Origin: an uncultured delta proteobacterium
GTDB taxonomy: Bacteria > Desulfobacterota > Desulfobaccia > Desulfobaccales > 0-14-0-80-60-11
Direction: 5' to 3'
NCBI GenBank assembly: GCA_963812015.1
Contig: CAWETI010000002.1
Coordinates: forward strand, 160,001-224,000
Length of the DNA: 64,000 nucleotides
The notes under the pieces are model-generated. The model worked only from the letters and a program-made list of their open reading frames with translations. It did no database searches and was not told the DNA's origin. The translations under genes were made by a program, and so were the position numbers. Below, one piece after another: positions 1 to 9,819 of the stretch (the stretch's first letter is position 1; each line of letters starts with the position of its first letter).

Positions 1-1
1 C

Positions 2-733
2 AGCAATCAAGAAAACCCAACCAAGAATATTGTTACCCTCCAAATACTTATTGACGCTATTTCTCGCGCAATAGACGCAAGCGCCGAGAAAGCTAAGGCT
101 TACCAAAATCCTCCCCCACCAGATAATTCGTCGTGGTGGTTTTCCTTCTTTCTTGTGACGTTCACCGGAGTACTGGCCGCTGTTGCAATATTCCAATTCT
201 TTGTCTTGAGAAACACTCTCAGAGAAACCCATAAAGCAGCTAGTGCCGCTAAAGACAGCGCCGATGCTCTTCCAATTATGGAAAGAGCTTATATCTTCTC
301 CAAAGTTAAGCCTAATAGGGAAATTAACATTGCAGATAGCAGATTTGAGCCGGGTAATGGATTTGAAGCACGCCTTTATTTGAAAAATTACGGGAAAACA
401 CCGGCTATTATAAAAGAAATTGCTTTCCAGGGGTATAGATATGATTCTCCTGTTAATGGTAAATTGGTCGTGATAAACGTTCATTATCCTCTCAAATCTT
501 TTATAGGAAGCGGTGAAGAATTTTATGAAGATAGCCAACCCATCCCATTGACAATAGACAAGTGGATGGGTCTTATAACCATCGACCCTGAACTTTTTAT
601 TTATTGTATTGGTTATATTAAATATGTTACGATTTTTGGTCAAGAACATTGTCATGGTTTTTGTTGGGAGTTCGACGGTCCCTCTGGCACTTTTGTATTG
701 TCCCCAAATAATGATTTGAATTACAACATATAA
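2..733 (+). CDS. Hypothetical membrane-anchored protein, 5'-truncated by the window edge
   Basis: The frame of ORF 155..733 is open back to position 2 (SNQENPTKNIV...SWWFSFFLVTFTGVLAAVAIFQFFVL). One TM segment, then AAKDSADA...ERAY. Visibly more AT-rich than the rest of the window. Confidence 0.7.
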   Translation, partial: SNQENPTKNIVTLQILIDAISRAIDASAEKAKAYQNPPPPDNSSWWFSFFLVTFTGVLAAVAIFQFFVLRNTLRETHKAASAAKDSADALPIMERAYIFSKVKPNREINIADSRFEPGNGFEARLYLKNYGKTPAIIKEIAFQGYRYDSPVNGKLVVINVHYPLKSFIGSGEEFYEDSQPIPLTIDKWMGLITIDPELFIYCIGYIKYVTIFGQEHCHGFCWEFDGPSGTFVLSPNNDLNYNI

Positions 734-1133
734 AAAAAATAGAGAGTAGGCGCAGGCTTGTTTCCAGCCAAAGGGAGGGAGTGAAAATTTGCGCGGAAAC
801 CGGCGGGAGATTTTTTTAGGGAGGGAATTGAGAAAATCCCGAAGTTTTCGGAAACAAATTAGGACAGTACCCCCGACCCCCCTGACTGAGAGATGGCCGT
901 TAAAAGAAATTGGATGAATTTTCCTTGCTTCCTTGATATTATCGGGGCTAATTTGGTTATGATCAGAAGACCGCGGTTAAAACCCTATCAGGGTGTTGAA
1001 AAATGGGTTTTCTATCATCCTGAACGGAACGCATCTGTAATCTATTGATATAACGATGTTCTTTTCTTTGCTCGGAATGACCATGTGAAGAAATCGCTGA
1101 TTTTATGATCCTTACATAAAAGGAGGGGGGGAT

Positions 1134-2597
1134 ATGGTTCTTTGGGCCCGGATAGGGGGAGCATTGTTGGGCCTGGTCTTCTTGCTGGCGCCCTTGGCGG
1201 CCAGCGGCGCCGAGTCTCCGGTGCTGACCCTGAAACAACTTATCGACATGGCCTTGCGATACAGCCCTGCGGTCAAGGCTAGCTCCAGCGCCGTCACCCT
1301 GGCGACTGAGCAAAAGAATGAAGCCAACAGCTACCGTTGGCCACAATTCGATGCCACCGCCACCGGCGGGGTGGTCCCCAATGCCCGGCGGGGTGAGGTG
1401 CTCCAAGTCGGCCCAGATAAAACCCTCTTCTATCCTGACCCCAAAGATAAGCTCCACGGCGTGAACATCTTTGGCAACCTGACCTTCGCTCTCTATCAGC
1501 CTCTCTACACCTTCGGCAAAATCGCTTTCCGGGAAGAAGCTGCGGCCAAAAACATCGAGGTCAAAAGAGCCGGGGTGGATCTCAAGAAGGGCGAGGTCAT
1601 GATGCAGGTGGCTCAGGCGTACTACGGTCTGATCCTGGCCACCCAGGGCAAGGATGCGGTGCAGGACGCCCGTACCTACCTGGGGGATGCCCGGGAACGG
1701 ATTACCCGCCTCCTCCGCGCCAACTCGCCCAACGTCAGGGAGAGCGACCAGTATCGCCTGGCCATGTATGAGGGCGGGGTGGAAAAATTTGCCGCCCAGG
1801 CGGAAGAAGGCTCCAAGGTGGCCTACCAGGCCTTGAAGGCCCTGGTCGGCTATAACCCCAACCAGGATTTCCGGGTGCCCCAGGACCTTCCGGCCCCCAC
1901 CGCTCCGGCCGGCGGCCTGGACCACTACATCCGCCTGGCCCTGGAGCAGCGGCCCGAATTCACCCAGCTCAAACAGGGCCTGGTGGCCCGGCAATTGCTG
2001 GTGGACGCGGCCAAGGCCGACCGCTATCCGTCGTTCTTCCTGGCGGTGGTGGGCCAAGTGGCCGGGGCCCCGGGCCGGGAGTATAACCCAGACCCTTATG
2101 TTAACGACTTCTTTAATGGTGTTGGGGCCATGCCCATGGCGGGGGCCAAGTGGCACTTCGATTTCGGCATCCTGAATGCGAAAGTCGGCCAAGCCCGGGC
2201 AGAACTCGACCAACTGCGGTACACCGAAAAGCAGGCCCTCATGGGCATCCCGGTGGAAGTGGCCAGGGATTACGGCAAGGTCAAGGAAAATTACCAGGCT
2301 TCCCTGGGCATGCAGAAGGCTTATGTCAATGCCCGGCGCTGGCTGGTCACCTCATTCAGCAACTTCGACATGGGGCTGGGCAAAATGGAAGACATCTTCC
2401 AGGCCTTTGAACGGTACGGGTCCTTCCGGGGCGACTACCTCACGACCCTCTATGAATACAACCTGGCGGTGGCCCAGCTGGACAAGTCCTCCGGCGCCTT
2501 CCGGCAGAATCTGCCGGCTGATGACAAACCGGCAAAAGACATCACGCCGAGCCGGGTCCAGCCCGTGAGCGCCCCGGCCCCTGCTACGGCCAAATAG
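1134..2597 (+). CDS. TolC-family outer membrane efflux protein
   Basis: Signal peptide; LTLKQLIDMAL, QPLYTFGK, VAQAYY and RPE motifs of the two OEP repeats; SD aggaggg upstream. Confidence 0.9.
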   Translation: MVLWARIGGALLGLVFLLAPLAASGAESPVLTLKQLIDMALRYSPAVKASSSAVTLATEQKNEANSYRWPQFDATATGGVVPNARRGEVLQVGPDKTLFYPDPKDKLHGVNIFGNLTFALYQPLYTFGKIAFREEAAAKNIEVKRAGVDLKKGEVMMQVAQAYYGLILATQGKDAVQDARTYLGDARERITRLLRANSPNVRESDQYRLAMYEGGVEKFAAQAEEGSKVAYQALKALVGYNPNQDFRVPQDLPAPTAPAGGLDHYIRLALEQRPEFTQLKQGLVARQLLVDAAKADRYPSFFLAVVGQVAGAPGREYNPDPYVNDFFNGVGAMPMAGAKWHFDFGILNAKVGQARAELDQLRYTEKQALMGIPVEVARDYGKVKENYQASLGMQKAYVNARRWLVTSFSNFDMGLGKMEDIFQAFERYGSFRGDYLTTLYEYNLAVAQLDKSSGAFRQNLPADDKPAKDITPSRVQPVSAPAPATAK

Positions 2598-2624
2598 CCT
2601 TGCGTCCTTGCGGATAAGCAAACC

Positions 2625-2653
2625 AGGGCAGGCCTCCGAGCCTGCCCTTTTTT
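2625..2653 (+). terminator. Rho-independent terminator after the TolC gene
   Basis: AGGGCAGGC-CTCCGA-GCCTGCCCT perfect stem followed by a T run. Confidence 0.85.
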
Positions 2654-2693
2654 ATTAATAATACCGTTTTCGGTTTTCAGTTTTCGGAAAAAA

Positions 2694-2877
2694 TATCGCG
2701 TTTGCCAAAAATTCCTCCTGATTGCTGGTTTTTTAAATCCCCCTAAATCCCCCTTTTTCAAAGGGGGATTTTCAACGGAATTTCGCTAAGTTCCCCCCTT
2801 TGGAAAAGGGGGGCTAGGGGGGATTTGGGTTCTTGGAGCATGTGGCATAACGGGAAAAACTTTCGGCATTCGATAGA
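2694..2877. mobile_element. MITE-like element, copy 1 (inverted relative to 37922-38103)
   Basis: Its reverse complement aligns end to end with 37922-38103. Imperfect terminal inverted repeats around TTGCCAAAA and internal CCCCCTTT..AAAGGGGG hairpins. No transposase. Confidence 0.75.
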
Positions 2878-2880
2878 GAT

Positions 2881-2906
2881 GCAGGGGCGGACCTGCGTGT
2901 CCGCCC
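2881..2906. repeat. REP-like palindrome
   Basis: GCAG-GGGCGGAC-CTGCGT-GTCCGCCC (8-bp stem), resembling GTAG-type REPs. Related remnants near 29990-30045 and 39690-39713. Confidence 0.55.
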
Positions 2907-3000
2907 GAACTGGGCCCAGCCCTTGTGCGTCCCGAAAAATGTAAGAGGTTGGCGGGGCCGTGAGCTTTGGCGCATGGCCCCGCCCGCTTGGCAAAGAACC

Positions 3001-3825
3001 TTACCAGCCGAGGAGGAAGAGGCGGATGTAGACCAGGGCGGGGGCGGCGAAGAGGAGGCTGTCCAGCCGGTCCAACATGCCGCCGTGGCCCGGGAGGAGT
3101 TCCGAGGTGTCTTTGACCTGCACCTGGCGCTTGAGCATGGATTCGAAGAGGTCCCCCAGGAGCCCCACCAGGGCCAGGAGCAACGCCAGTCCGGCCAGGC
3201 CCGGCAAGCTTAGCCTGGGGATGGCCCAGCGGCCCAGGGCGACGCCGACGAGCCCTGCCGAGGCCATGCCGCCCACGACCCCGGCCCAGGTCTTCCCCGG
3301 GCTCACTTCAGGATAGAGCTTGGTCTTGCCCCAGGTCCGGCCAACGTAAAACGCCCCGGTATCCCCAGCCATGATCACCATCAGGAGCCAGAAGATCCAC
3401 CACTGGCCGTCGCCCAGGTAGCGCAGCCAGACGAAGTGCCCCAGGAGCAGGGGGATATAGAGGAGGCCCAAGATATTGACCATCAAATCCCGGGTCGGGT
3501 CGGGAATGTGGCTGTAGGCGATGAGGTAGAAGAGAAAGAGAATGAAGAGTATCCCCACCAGCACGAAGATGGGGCCGGAGGGGTTGCACAGGGTGGTGGC
3601 CCGCTGGGCGGTGCAGAAGCTCAAAAGGAGCACCGAACCCAGGGTAATGGCTTTCACCCGGCGGAAGACGTCGGCTTCGGGCTGGAACATGCCCAAAAAC
3701 TCCCATTGCGCCAACCCGCTGATCACCAGGAGCAGCAGGACAAAAAAGAAGTGCCCGCCTTTAAAGAGCACCAGCAGCAGTAACGGCAGGAGAATCAGGG
3801 CGGTCAGCCAGCGGCGTGCGTGCAA
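3001..3825 (-). CDS. cdsA: Phosphatidate cytidylyltransferase
   Basis: SPGKTWAG, GDLFESMLKR...KD...LPGHGGMLDRLDS signature; multiple TM helices. Confidence 0.95.
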   Translation of the reverse strand: MHARRWLTALILLPLLLLVLFKGGHFFFVLLLLVISGLAQWEFLGMFQPEADVFRRVKAITLGSVLLLSFCTAQRATTLCNPSGPIFVLVGILFILFLFYLIAYSHIPDPTRDLMVNILGLLYIPLLLGHFVWLRYLGDGQWWIFWLLMVIMAGDTGAFYVGRTWGKTKLYPEVSPGKTWAGVVGGMASAGLVGVALGRWAIPRLSLPGLAGLALLLALVGLLGDLFESMLKRQVQVKDTSELLPGHGGMLDRLDSLLFAAPALVYIRLFLLGW

Positions 3826-3979
3826 TGGTCACCCCCTCGGGGAACTGGCGGAGAACCTGGTTTGCGAGGGCGCCGGCCCAGGAAGCCAGGTTCTCCCGTC
3901 ATGTCATAACGCTGAGGCCCCAGGGCCCGCCTTCCCCGATTCTGGCGGCCAAGGCTTGAGCCGGCGGTTCCGGCCCCCG

Positions 3980-4768
3980 TCAATGCTGCGCCGGGGCCCG
4001 GGGTTGGCACCGGGAGCCCCAGAAGAGCAGCAGGCCGCCGCTGACCAAACACAGGCCCAGGGCCATGAGCTGGGTCAAGGGCATCCAGCCGAAAAAGACC
4101 GGGCCCCGGTAGTCCACCGGGCTCCGGAAAAATTCCACCACAAAGCGCACCAGGCCGGCGAGGCAAAAGTACATCAGGATCATCTGGCCAGCGAAGCGCT
4201 TGCGGGGTCGGAACCAATAGAGGAACCCGAAGACCCCCAGGGCCAAAAAGGCCTCGTAAAGCTGGGCGGGATGCAAGGGCACCCGCAGGGGACAGAGGGT
4301 ATTGGGGTTGTTAAAGACCACGGCCCAGGGCAGATCGGATGGAGAGCCATAGCAGCATCCGGCCATAAAGCAGCCGAGGCGCCCGAAAAATTGCCCCAGG
4401 GGCAGGCCTATGGCCAGGGCGTCCAGGGTGAGGCGCCAGGGCAGTTGGTGGCGGCGGATATAAAGGAAGGCCACGATGAGGGCCAGGATGACCCCCCCGT
4501 GGAAGACCAGGCCCCCTTCCCACAGGGCGAAGATTTTCAGGGGATGGGCCGCGAAGGTGCGCAGCTCCAATAAAACATAGAGGAGCCGTGAACCCACCAG
4601 GGCCGCCAGGATAAGATAGAAACAGAGATCAAAAAATTTCCCCGGAGGTAACCCCAGGCGCTTGGCTTCCCGACCGGCCACGAAGATGGCGCTCAAAAAG
4701 GCCAGGGCCAGGAGGAAGCCATAGGTAAAAATCTTGATCGGCCCGATTTCAAACAGGATTGGATGCAT
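3980..4768 (-). CDS. lgt: Prolipoprotein diacylglyceryl transferase
   Basis: WEGGLVFHGG, GRLGCFMAGCCYG, HPAQLYE and RFVVEFFR motifs. Confidence 0.95.
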   Translation of the reverse strand: MHPILFEIGPIKIFTYGFLLALAFLSAIFVAGREAKRLGLPPGKFFDLCFYLILAALVGSRLLYVLLELRTFAAHPLKIFALWEGGLVFHGGVILALIVAFLYIRRHQLPWRLTLDALAIGLPLGQFFGRLGCFMAGCCYGSPSDLPWAVVFNNPNTLCPLRVPLHPAQLYEAFLALGVFGFLYWFRPRKRFAGQMILMYFCLAGLVRFVVEFFRSPVDYRGPVFFGWMPLTQLMALGLCLVSGGLLLFWGSRCQPRAPAQH

Positions 4769-5249
4769 CAGCAGGGTTCTCTTCTCGGATAATGACCCAC
4801 ACCAGGACTGCGGCTCCCAGGCACACCAGGCTGTCGGCCACGTTGAAGGCCGGCCAGTGGTAGCGCCCCCAATAGACGTCGATAAAATCCACTACTTTTC
4901 CCAAGCGGACCCGGTCAATCAGGTTGCCCAGGGCCCCGGTCAGAACCAGGCTGTAGCCCAGGGTCGCCGGCCAGTGGTCTTCGGGCAGCCGCCATAACAT
5001 ATAACCCAGGACCACCAGCACCAAAGCGGTGGTGATCACAAAGAACAGCCAGGCGAATTGCGTCGACCAGCCGGACAACAGCCCAAAAGCCGCGCCCTTG
5101 TTGTGGATGTGCACCAGGTTGAGAAGGTCCGGGATGAGGGGCGCCTGGCTTCCCAGGGGCAGCTTTTGCATGACCAGAACCTTGGTCACCTGATCCAGGG
5201 CCAGCCCCCCCACCAGGATCGGCAGGAGGATGCTTAATTTTCGGGACAC
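4749..5249 (-). CDS. lspA: Lipoprotein signal peptidase II
   Basis: DQVTK, NKGAAFG, GALGNLIDR, VVDFID, FNVAD; directly downstream of ileS. Confidence 0.96.
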   Translation of the reverse strand: MSRKLSILLPILVGGLALDQVTKVLVMQKLPLGSQAPLIPDLLNLVHIHNKGAAFGLLSGWSTQFAWLFFVITTALVLVVLGYMLWRLPEDHWPATLGYSLVLTGALGNLIDRVRLGKVVDFIDVYWGRYHWPAFNVADSLVCLGAAVLVWVIIREENPADASNPV

Positions 5250-5252
5250 GTC

Positions 5253-8030
5253 TTATTCCTCCAAGACCTGGCGGCAGCGGGCGCACACTTGAGGATGACG
5301 GGGATCTTCCCCTACCCCTGGGTAACGGAACCAGCAGCGGATGCATTTCTCCCCGGCCGCCGGCGCCACGGTTAGCGAGAGCCCCGGAATCTCTTGCGAT
5401 TCCTGGCCCCCCAGGGTTTGGGCCTCCACCCGGAGTTCCGCCACCTGGGCCAGGGTTTTAAGTTCTGCCGTCTGAGACTTTAGCTTAGCATAAAGTTGGT
5501 CATCCATCGTCCCCAAAATGACCGCGGCCTCCTGGGCCGTGGCCAGGCGCTTCTCCTTCCGGCCCTCTTCCAGCCCCCGGTTGATTTCGCCCCGCACTTT
5601 GAGTAAAAAGTCGTACTTGGCCAGCAAGGCCTCGTCGGGAAAGCCCGGGGGCGGCGAGGGCAAGGCCCCCAGATGCACGCTCTCAGGGCGGCCGGCCCCG
5701 GGGATATGCTCCCAGATCTCGTCGGCGGTAAAGGAAAGGATGGGGGCCATGGCCAGGGTGAGGCCCTGAAGCAGATCGTGTAACGTGCTCTGGGCGCTGC
5801 GGCGTTCCCTGGAATCAGCTTTCGAAATGTAGAGGCGGTCCTTCAAGATGTCCAGATAGATGGCGCTGAGCTCCACCGCGCAGAACTGGTGGAGGCGGTG
5901 GAAGGCCTGGTGGAATTCGTAATCCTCGTAGGCCTTTTTGACCCGGGCCAGCAACTGGGCCAGCCAGGACAGGGCCAGGCGGTCCAGCTCCTCCCGGGAG
6001 CCTGGCTCCAACCAGTGCCGCTCCGGGTCGAAGTCGGAGAGGTTGCCCAGCATGAAACGGGCGGTATTGCGGAAACGCCGGTAGGCGTCGGCCAGTTGCT
6101 TCAGGATGTCAGGCGACAGCCGAACGTCATCCCGATAGTCCTCCGCCGCCACCCAGAGCCGCAGGATCTCGGCGCCGTATTTATCCATGACTTCCTGGGG
6201 GGCGATGACGTTGCCCAGGGACTTGGACATCTTGCGGCCGTCGCCGTCCACCACGAAGCCATGGGTCAGCACCCCTTTATAAGGGGAGTGGCCCCGGGTG
6301 CCCACACAGGTCAGGAGGCTGCTGTGAAACCAGCCCCGGTGCTGGTCCGAGCCCTCCAGGTAGAGATCGGCGGGCAGCGCCAGGTCCGGGTCGGGTTCCA
6401 CCACCGCGGCCCAACTCACCCCGGAATCGAACCAGACGTCCAGGATGTCCGTCTCTTTTTTGAAGTCGGAGGCGCCGCAGGCGCACACCGTTCCCGGAGG
6501 CAGCAGGTCGGAGGCGGGAGTGTCGAACCAAAAATCCGCGCCCTCATGGCGTACCCGCTGGATAATACCCTGAAGAATCTCGGGCGTCAGCAGCACCTTG
6601 CCACATTCCCGGCAGTGAAAGGCCACAATGGGCACGCCCCAGGCCCGCTGGCGGGAGATGCACCAGTCCGGGCGCCGTTCCACCATCTGGTAGATGCGCT
6701 CCCGGCCCCAGCGGGGAATCCAGGTGACCCGGTCGATGGCCGCCAGGGCCTTCTGTCTGAGATCGTTGGCCTCCATGGAGATGAACCACTGCTCCGTGGC
6801 CCTAAAGATGATGGGCTGCTTGCAGCGCCAGCAGTGGGGGTAGCTGTGGGTCAGGTCCGCCGCCGCCAGGAGCTTGCCGCGCTCTTTGAGGAGTGCGATG
6901 ATGCCGGCGTTGGCGTCCAAGACCTTTTGTCCGGCAAATTCCGGCACTTCCTGGGTGAACCGGCCGCCGTCGTCCACCGGCGAATAGGGGGCAAGGTTGT
7001 ACTTGCGACCGCTGTCATAGTCCTCCTGGCCGTGCCCCGGGGCGATGTGCACCAGGCCGGTACCCGCCTCCAGGGTAACGTAGTTCGCCAGGATGACCTG
7101 GGAGTCCCGGTCCAGCCAGGGGTGGCGGCAGACCGCGCCCTCCAGTTGACGCCCCTTGACCTGGAGGATTTCTTGCCCCTTAAGCCCCCAAAGGCTCAGC
7201 AAACCCGGGGCCAAATCCCCGGCCACCACCAAAACTTCGGTCCCCAGGTCCACGGCGACGTACTCCAGGTCCGGGTGGGCCGCGATGGCCAGATTCGCCG
7301 GCAACGTCCAGGGCGTGGTGGTCCAGATCACCAGTGAGATTTTTTCGTAAGTGTCCAACTCCGGCACTTGCTCGGGGGCTTTAGATAGAGGAAACTTGAC
7401 GTAGATGGTGGGGGTGCGGTGGTCCTCATATTCCACCTCGGCCTCGGCCAGGGCAGTGCGGCAGGTGGCGCACCAGTGAATCGGTTTTTTGCTCCGGTGG
7501 ATGGCGCCGCTGAAGAAGAACTGGCCATATTCTTCCAGGATTTCGGCTACGTAGGCGTGGCGCATGGTGAGGTAGGGATGGTCCCAGTTGCCCAGCACCC
7601 CCAGGCGCTTGAATTCGGCGCGCTGGATGTCGACGAACTTTTCGGCGTAGGCCCGGCAGCGCTGACGGACCTCCACTTTGGACAATCTCACGCCTTTGGC
7701 CTTCAGTTCCTTGTCCACCTGGTGCTCGATGGGCAGGCCGTGGCAATCCCACCCCGGCACATAGGGGCTATCGAAGCCCGTCATCTGACGGGACTTGACG
7801 ATGATGTCCTTGAGGATCTTGTTTAAGGCGTGCCCCAGGTGAATGTGGCCGTTGGCATAGGGGGGGCCGTCGTGAAGGATAAACTTGGGGCGCCCCTTAC
7901 TCTGGGCCCTGATCTTGCCGTATAGGTCCATCTCGGCCCAGCGTTTCAGGAACAACGGTTCCCGCCGGGGCAGATCGGCTTTCATGGGAAAATCGGTGCG
8001 GGGCAGGTTTAGGGTCGCTTTATAATCCAT
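5253..8030 (-). CDS. ileS: Isoleucine--tRNA ligase (bacterial type 1)
   Basis: [38 protein letters not shown]-terminal CxxC...CxxC zinc finger. Confidence 0.98.
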   Translation of the reverse strand: MDYKATLNLPRTDFPMKADLPRREPLFLKRWAEMDLYGKIRAQSKGRPKFILHDGPPYANGHIHLGHALNKILKDIIVKSRQMTGFDSPYVPGWDCHGLPIEHQVDKELKAKGVRLSKVEVRQRCRAYAEKFVDIQRAEFKRLGVLGNWDHPYLTMRHAYVAEILEEYGQFFFSGAIHRSKKPIHWCATCRTALAEAEVEYEDHRTPTIYVKFPLSKAPEQVPELDTYEKISLVIWTTTPWTLPANLAIAAHPDLEYVAVDLGTEVLVVAGDLAPGLLSLWGLKGQEILQVKGRQLEGAVCRHPWLDRDSQVILANYVTLEAGTGLVHIAPGHGQEDYDSGRKYNLAPYSPVDDGGRFTQEVPEFAGQKVLDANAGIIALLKERGKLLAAADLTHSYPHCWRCKQPIIFRATEQWFISMEANDLRQKALAAIDRVTWIPRWGRERIYQMVERRPDWCISRQRAWGVPIVAFHCRECGKVLLTPEILQGIIQRVRHEGADFWFDTPASDLLPPGTVCACGASDFKKETDILDVWFDSGVSWAAVVEPDPDLALPADLYLEGSDQHRGWFHSSLLTCVGTRGHSPYKGVLTHGFVVDGDGRKMSKSLGNVIAPQEVMDKYGAEILRLWVAAEDYRDDVRLSPDILKQLADAYRRFRNTARFMLGNLSDFDPERHWLEPGSREELDRLALSWLAQLLARVKKAYEDYEFHQAFHRLHQFCAVELSAIYLDILKDRLYISKADSRERRSAQSTLHDLLQGLTLAMAPILSFTADEIWEHIPGAGRPESVHLGALPSPPPGFPDEALLAKYDFLLKVRGEINRGLEEGRKEKRLATAQEAAVILGTMDDQLYAKLKSQTAELKTLAQVAELRVEAQTLGGQESQEIPGLSLTVAPAAGEKCIRCWFRYPGVGEDPRHPQVCARCRQVLEE

Positions 8031-8251
8031 CTAACAGCCTCCGAAACACAATTTTATATGTTATCACATCCCATCCCGCCAAGAAATCAATAAGACACGG
8101 GGACGCCGCCCCAAGCCCCAAAGCTGCCGCCGGCCCGCCCCCGAAAAGCCGAGGGAAGGCCGAGATTGCGGGGGCAAGACCGCCCCAGAAAAGCCTCTGC
8201 CGACGCTTCCGCCTCCTTGACCGGAGGGCAGGCTTTGGGATAAGATGAGGC

Positions 8252-8593
8252 ATGCGGCAAGGGCTCAAGGCTTTTCTCCTTTCGGCTTTCGTCTTCCCCG
8301 GGTTGGGGCAACTCTATAAGCAGGACCGCCGGAAGGGCGTCTTTCTGGTGCTGGGGACCAACCTGGTGTTGGGGGTGCTGCTGCTGGCGGGCATGGTGCT
8401 CTTCTCCCAAGAATACCTGTCGGTCTTTTACCCCCGCCCTCTGACCTGGGAACTGGTCAAAGTCCTGCTCATCGATACCATCTCGCATCCGTTGTTCTGG
8501 ATTCCCTTTGGACTGCTCATGGCCCTGTGGGGCTTCGCCATGGTGGACGCGGTTCGGAGCCCCGGGCGGCAAGTGCCGCCGGCGGACCACTAA
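8252..8593 (+). CDS. Small membrane protein of unknown function
   Basis: LLSAFVFPGLGQLY...KG motif, 2-3 TM segments, SD gagg. Confidence 0.75.
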   Translation: MRQGLKAFLLSAFVFPGLGQLYKQDRRKGVFLVLGTNLVLGVLLLAGMVLFSQEYLSVFYPRPLTWELVKVLLIDTISHPLFWIPFGLLMALWGFAMVDAVRSPGRQVPPADH

Positions 8594-8717
8594 CAGTCAG
8601 CAGTCAGCTTTCAGCCAGGAGCTGTGGATTTGCCGAGGCGAAGCCCTGAGAGGGTGGCGCCGCTCACCATTCCCGGCTTATGGACCCCCTGCGGATAGGC
8701 TTCTGAGGAAAGGCTCT

Positions 8718-9050
8718 ATGAGACAATACCTGCTGGATGAAATCGCCCGGAACGATATCCCCCGGGTCCGGGATTATCTCAACCAACACGCCGTGGCCGC
8801 AAGCCTCGCGGGTATCTGGTGGGTGGATTTGCAAGAGGATTTGCTGAGCCCGGAGCAGTTCTCCCACCGGGACTGCCGGCCCTTCCGGTTCGCCGTGGAG
8901 CTGGGGGACGACTTCGTGCGCTTCGAGTTACTGATTCGCAGCCGTGAGACCATGCGCTGCGCCTGCATCGTCTACGCCACCCGGCAGCAGCGGGACTTCA
9001 TCCTGGCCTTCGCCGACCGGCTGGTGGAGGACCTGGCGCTGAGAACCTGA
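8718..9050 (+). CDS. Hypothetical protein (110 aa)
   Basis: ATG 8718 after gaggaaagg (MRQYLLDEI...); host-like codon usage; C-terminal part of ORF 8508..9050. Confidence 0.7.
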   Translation: MRQYLLDEIARNDIPRVRDYLNQHAVAASLAGIWWVDLQEDLLSPEQFSHRDCRPFRFAVELGDDFVRFELLIRSRETMRCACIVYATRQQRDFILAFADRLVEDLALRT

Positions 9051-9244
9051 TGATGGCCTCATCAGACCACGGTATGGTTTAAGCTTCCCGAAAAGCGATT
9101 ATTCACCCATCCCTTCCCTTGATAATTCACTCAGCCGATATTTTTTCGAATAATTTTTATCCGCCCCGAGAGCCTTAACATTTTCCTTAGGGGAAACTCT
9201 AAATAATCAAGCAAGGCAAGCAATCCTCAGGGGAGGGAAAAACT

Positions 9245-9634
9245 GTGAACATCTCGAAAAAATTCCTGGGCTTGGGTCTGGGGAAAAAGTTGGTAGTTGT
9301 GACGGTAATGGCCTTGAGTCTGGTAATGGGATGCGCCAGTTCCCAGCCAACTCCCAGTCCTTATATGCTACCCGGTGCAGGTCTGGGCGCGGCCTTGGGG
9401 GCCGGTCTGGGGGCCGCCATCAATAACCGCAATCCCTGGAAGGGTGCGGCCATCGGCGGGTTGCTGGGCGCGGCTGGGGGTGGTGTAGCCGGGGAGGCTT
9501 ACGGACAAGCGAGAGCGCCCTATCAACCGCAAGGCCCGCCGCCGCAACAACAAGGTTATTACCAGCCCCAGCCGCAGCAGCAACAGCAGGGCTATGGTCA
9601 GCAACAGCCCGCTTATGGGCAACCCCCCGGTTGA
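9245..9634 (+). CDS. Glycine-zipper lipoprotein with Q/P/Y-rich tail
   Basis: Lipobox LVMG-C; GAGLGAALGAGLGAAI and GAAIGGLLGAAGG glycine zippers; SD ggaggg. Confidence 0.85.
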   Translation: MNISKKFLGLGLGKKLVVVTVMALSLVMGCASSQPTPSPYMLPGAGLGAALGAGLGAAINNRNPWKGAAIGGLLGAAGGGVAGEAYGQARAPYQPQGPPPQQQGYYQPQPQQQQQGYGQQQPAYGQPPG

Positions 9635-9687
9635 CCGGTGGGCGGTTAATCAATCCTGATTCCCGTGGCGGCCAGGTTCACGGATAA

Positions 9688-9722
9688 GCCCCGGTGAGGG
9701 ATCTCACCGGGGCGATTTTTTT
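9688..9722 (+). terminator. Rho-independent terminator
   Basis: GCCCCGGTGAG-GGAT-CTCACCGGGGC 11-bp stem, then GA and a T run. Confidence 0.8.
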
Positions 9723-9819
9723 GAGCACCCGGCATAACTCGACGTCTTGCCAGGCGCAGGGCCTGGAGCTATCGCCGCGATTCCCGGAAACCCGCTTAAA
9801 TTTTGTGAACCGGACCTCA

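Noticed and set aside
2450..2994. ORFs 2450..2761 and 2758..2994 (and 37847..38065)
   Set aside because: Largely translations of the MITE (PKSPLAPLFQRG / SPFEKGGFRG), not genes.
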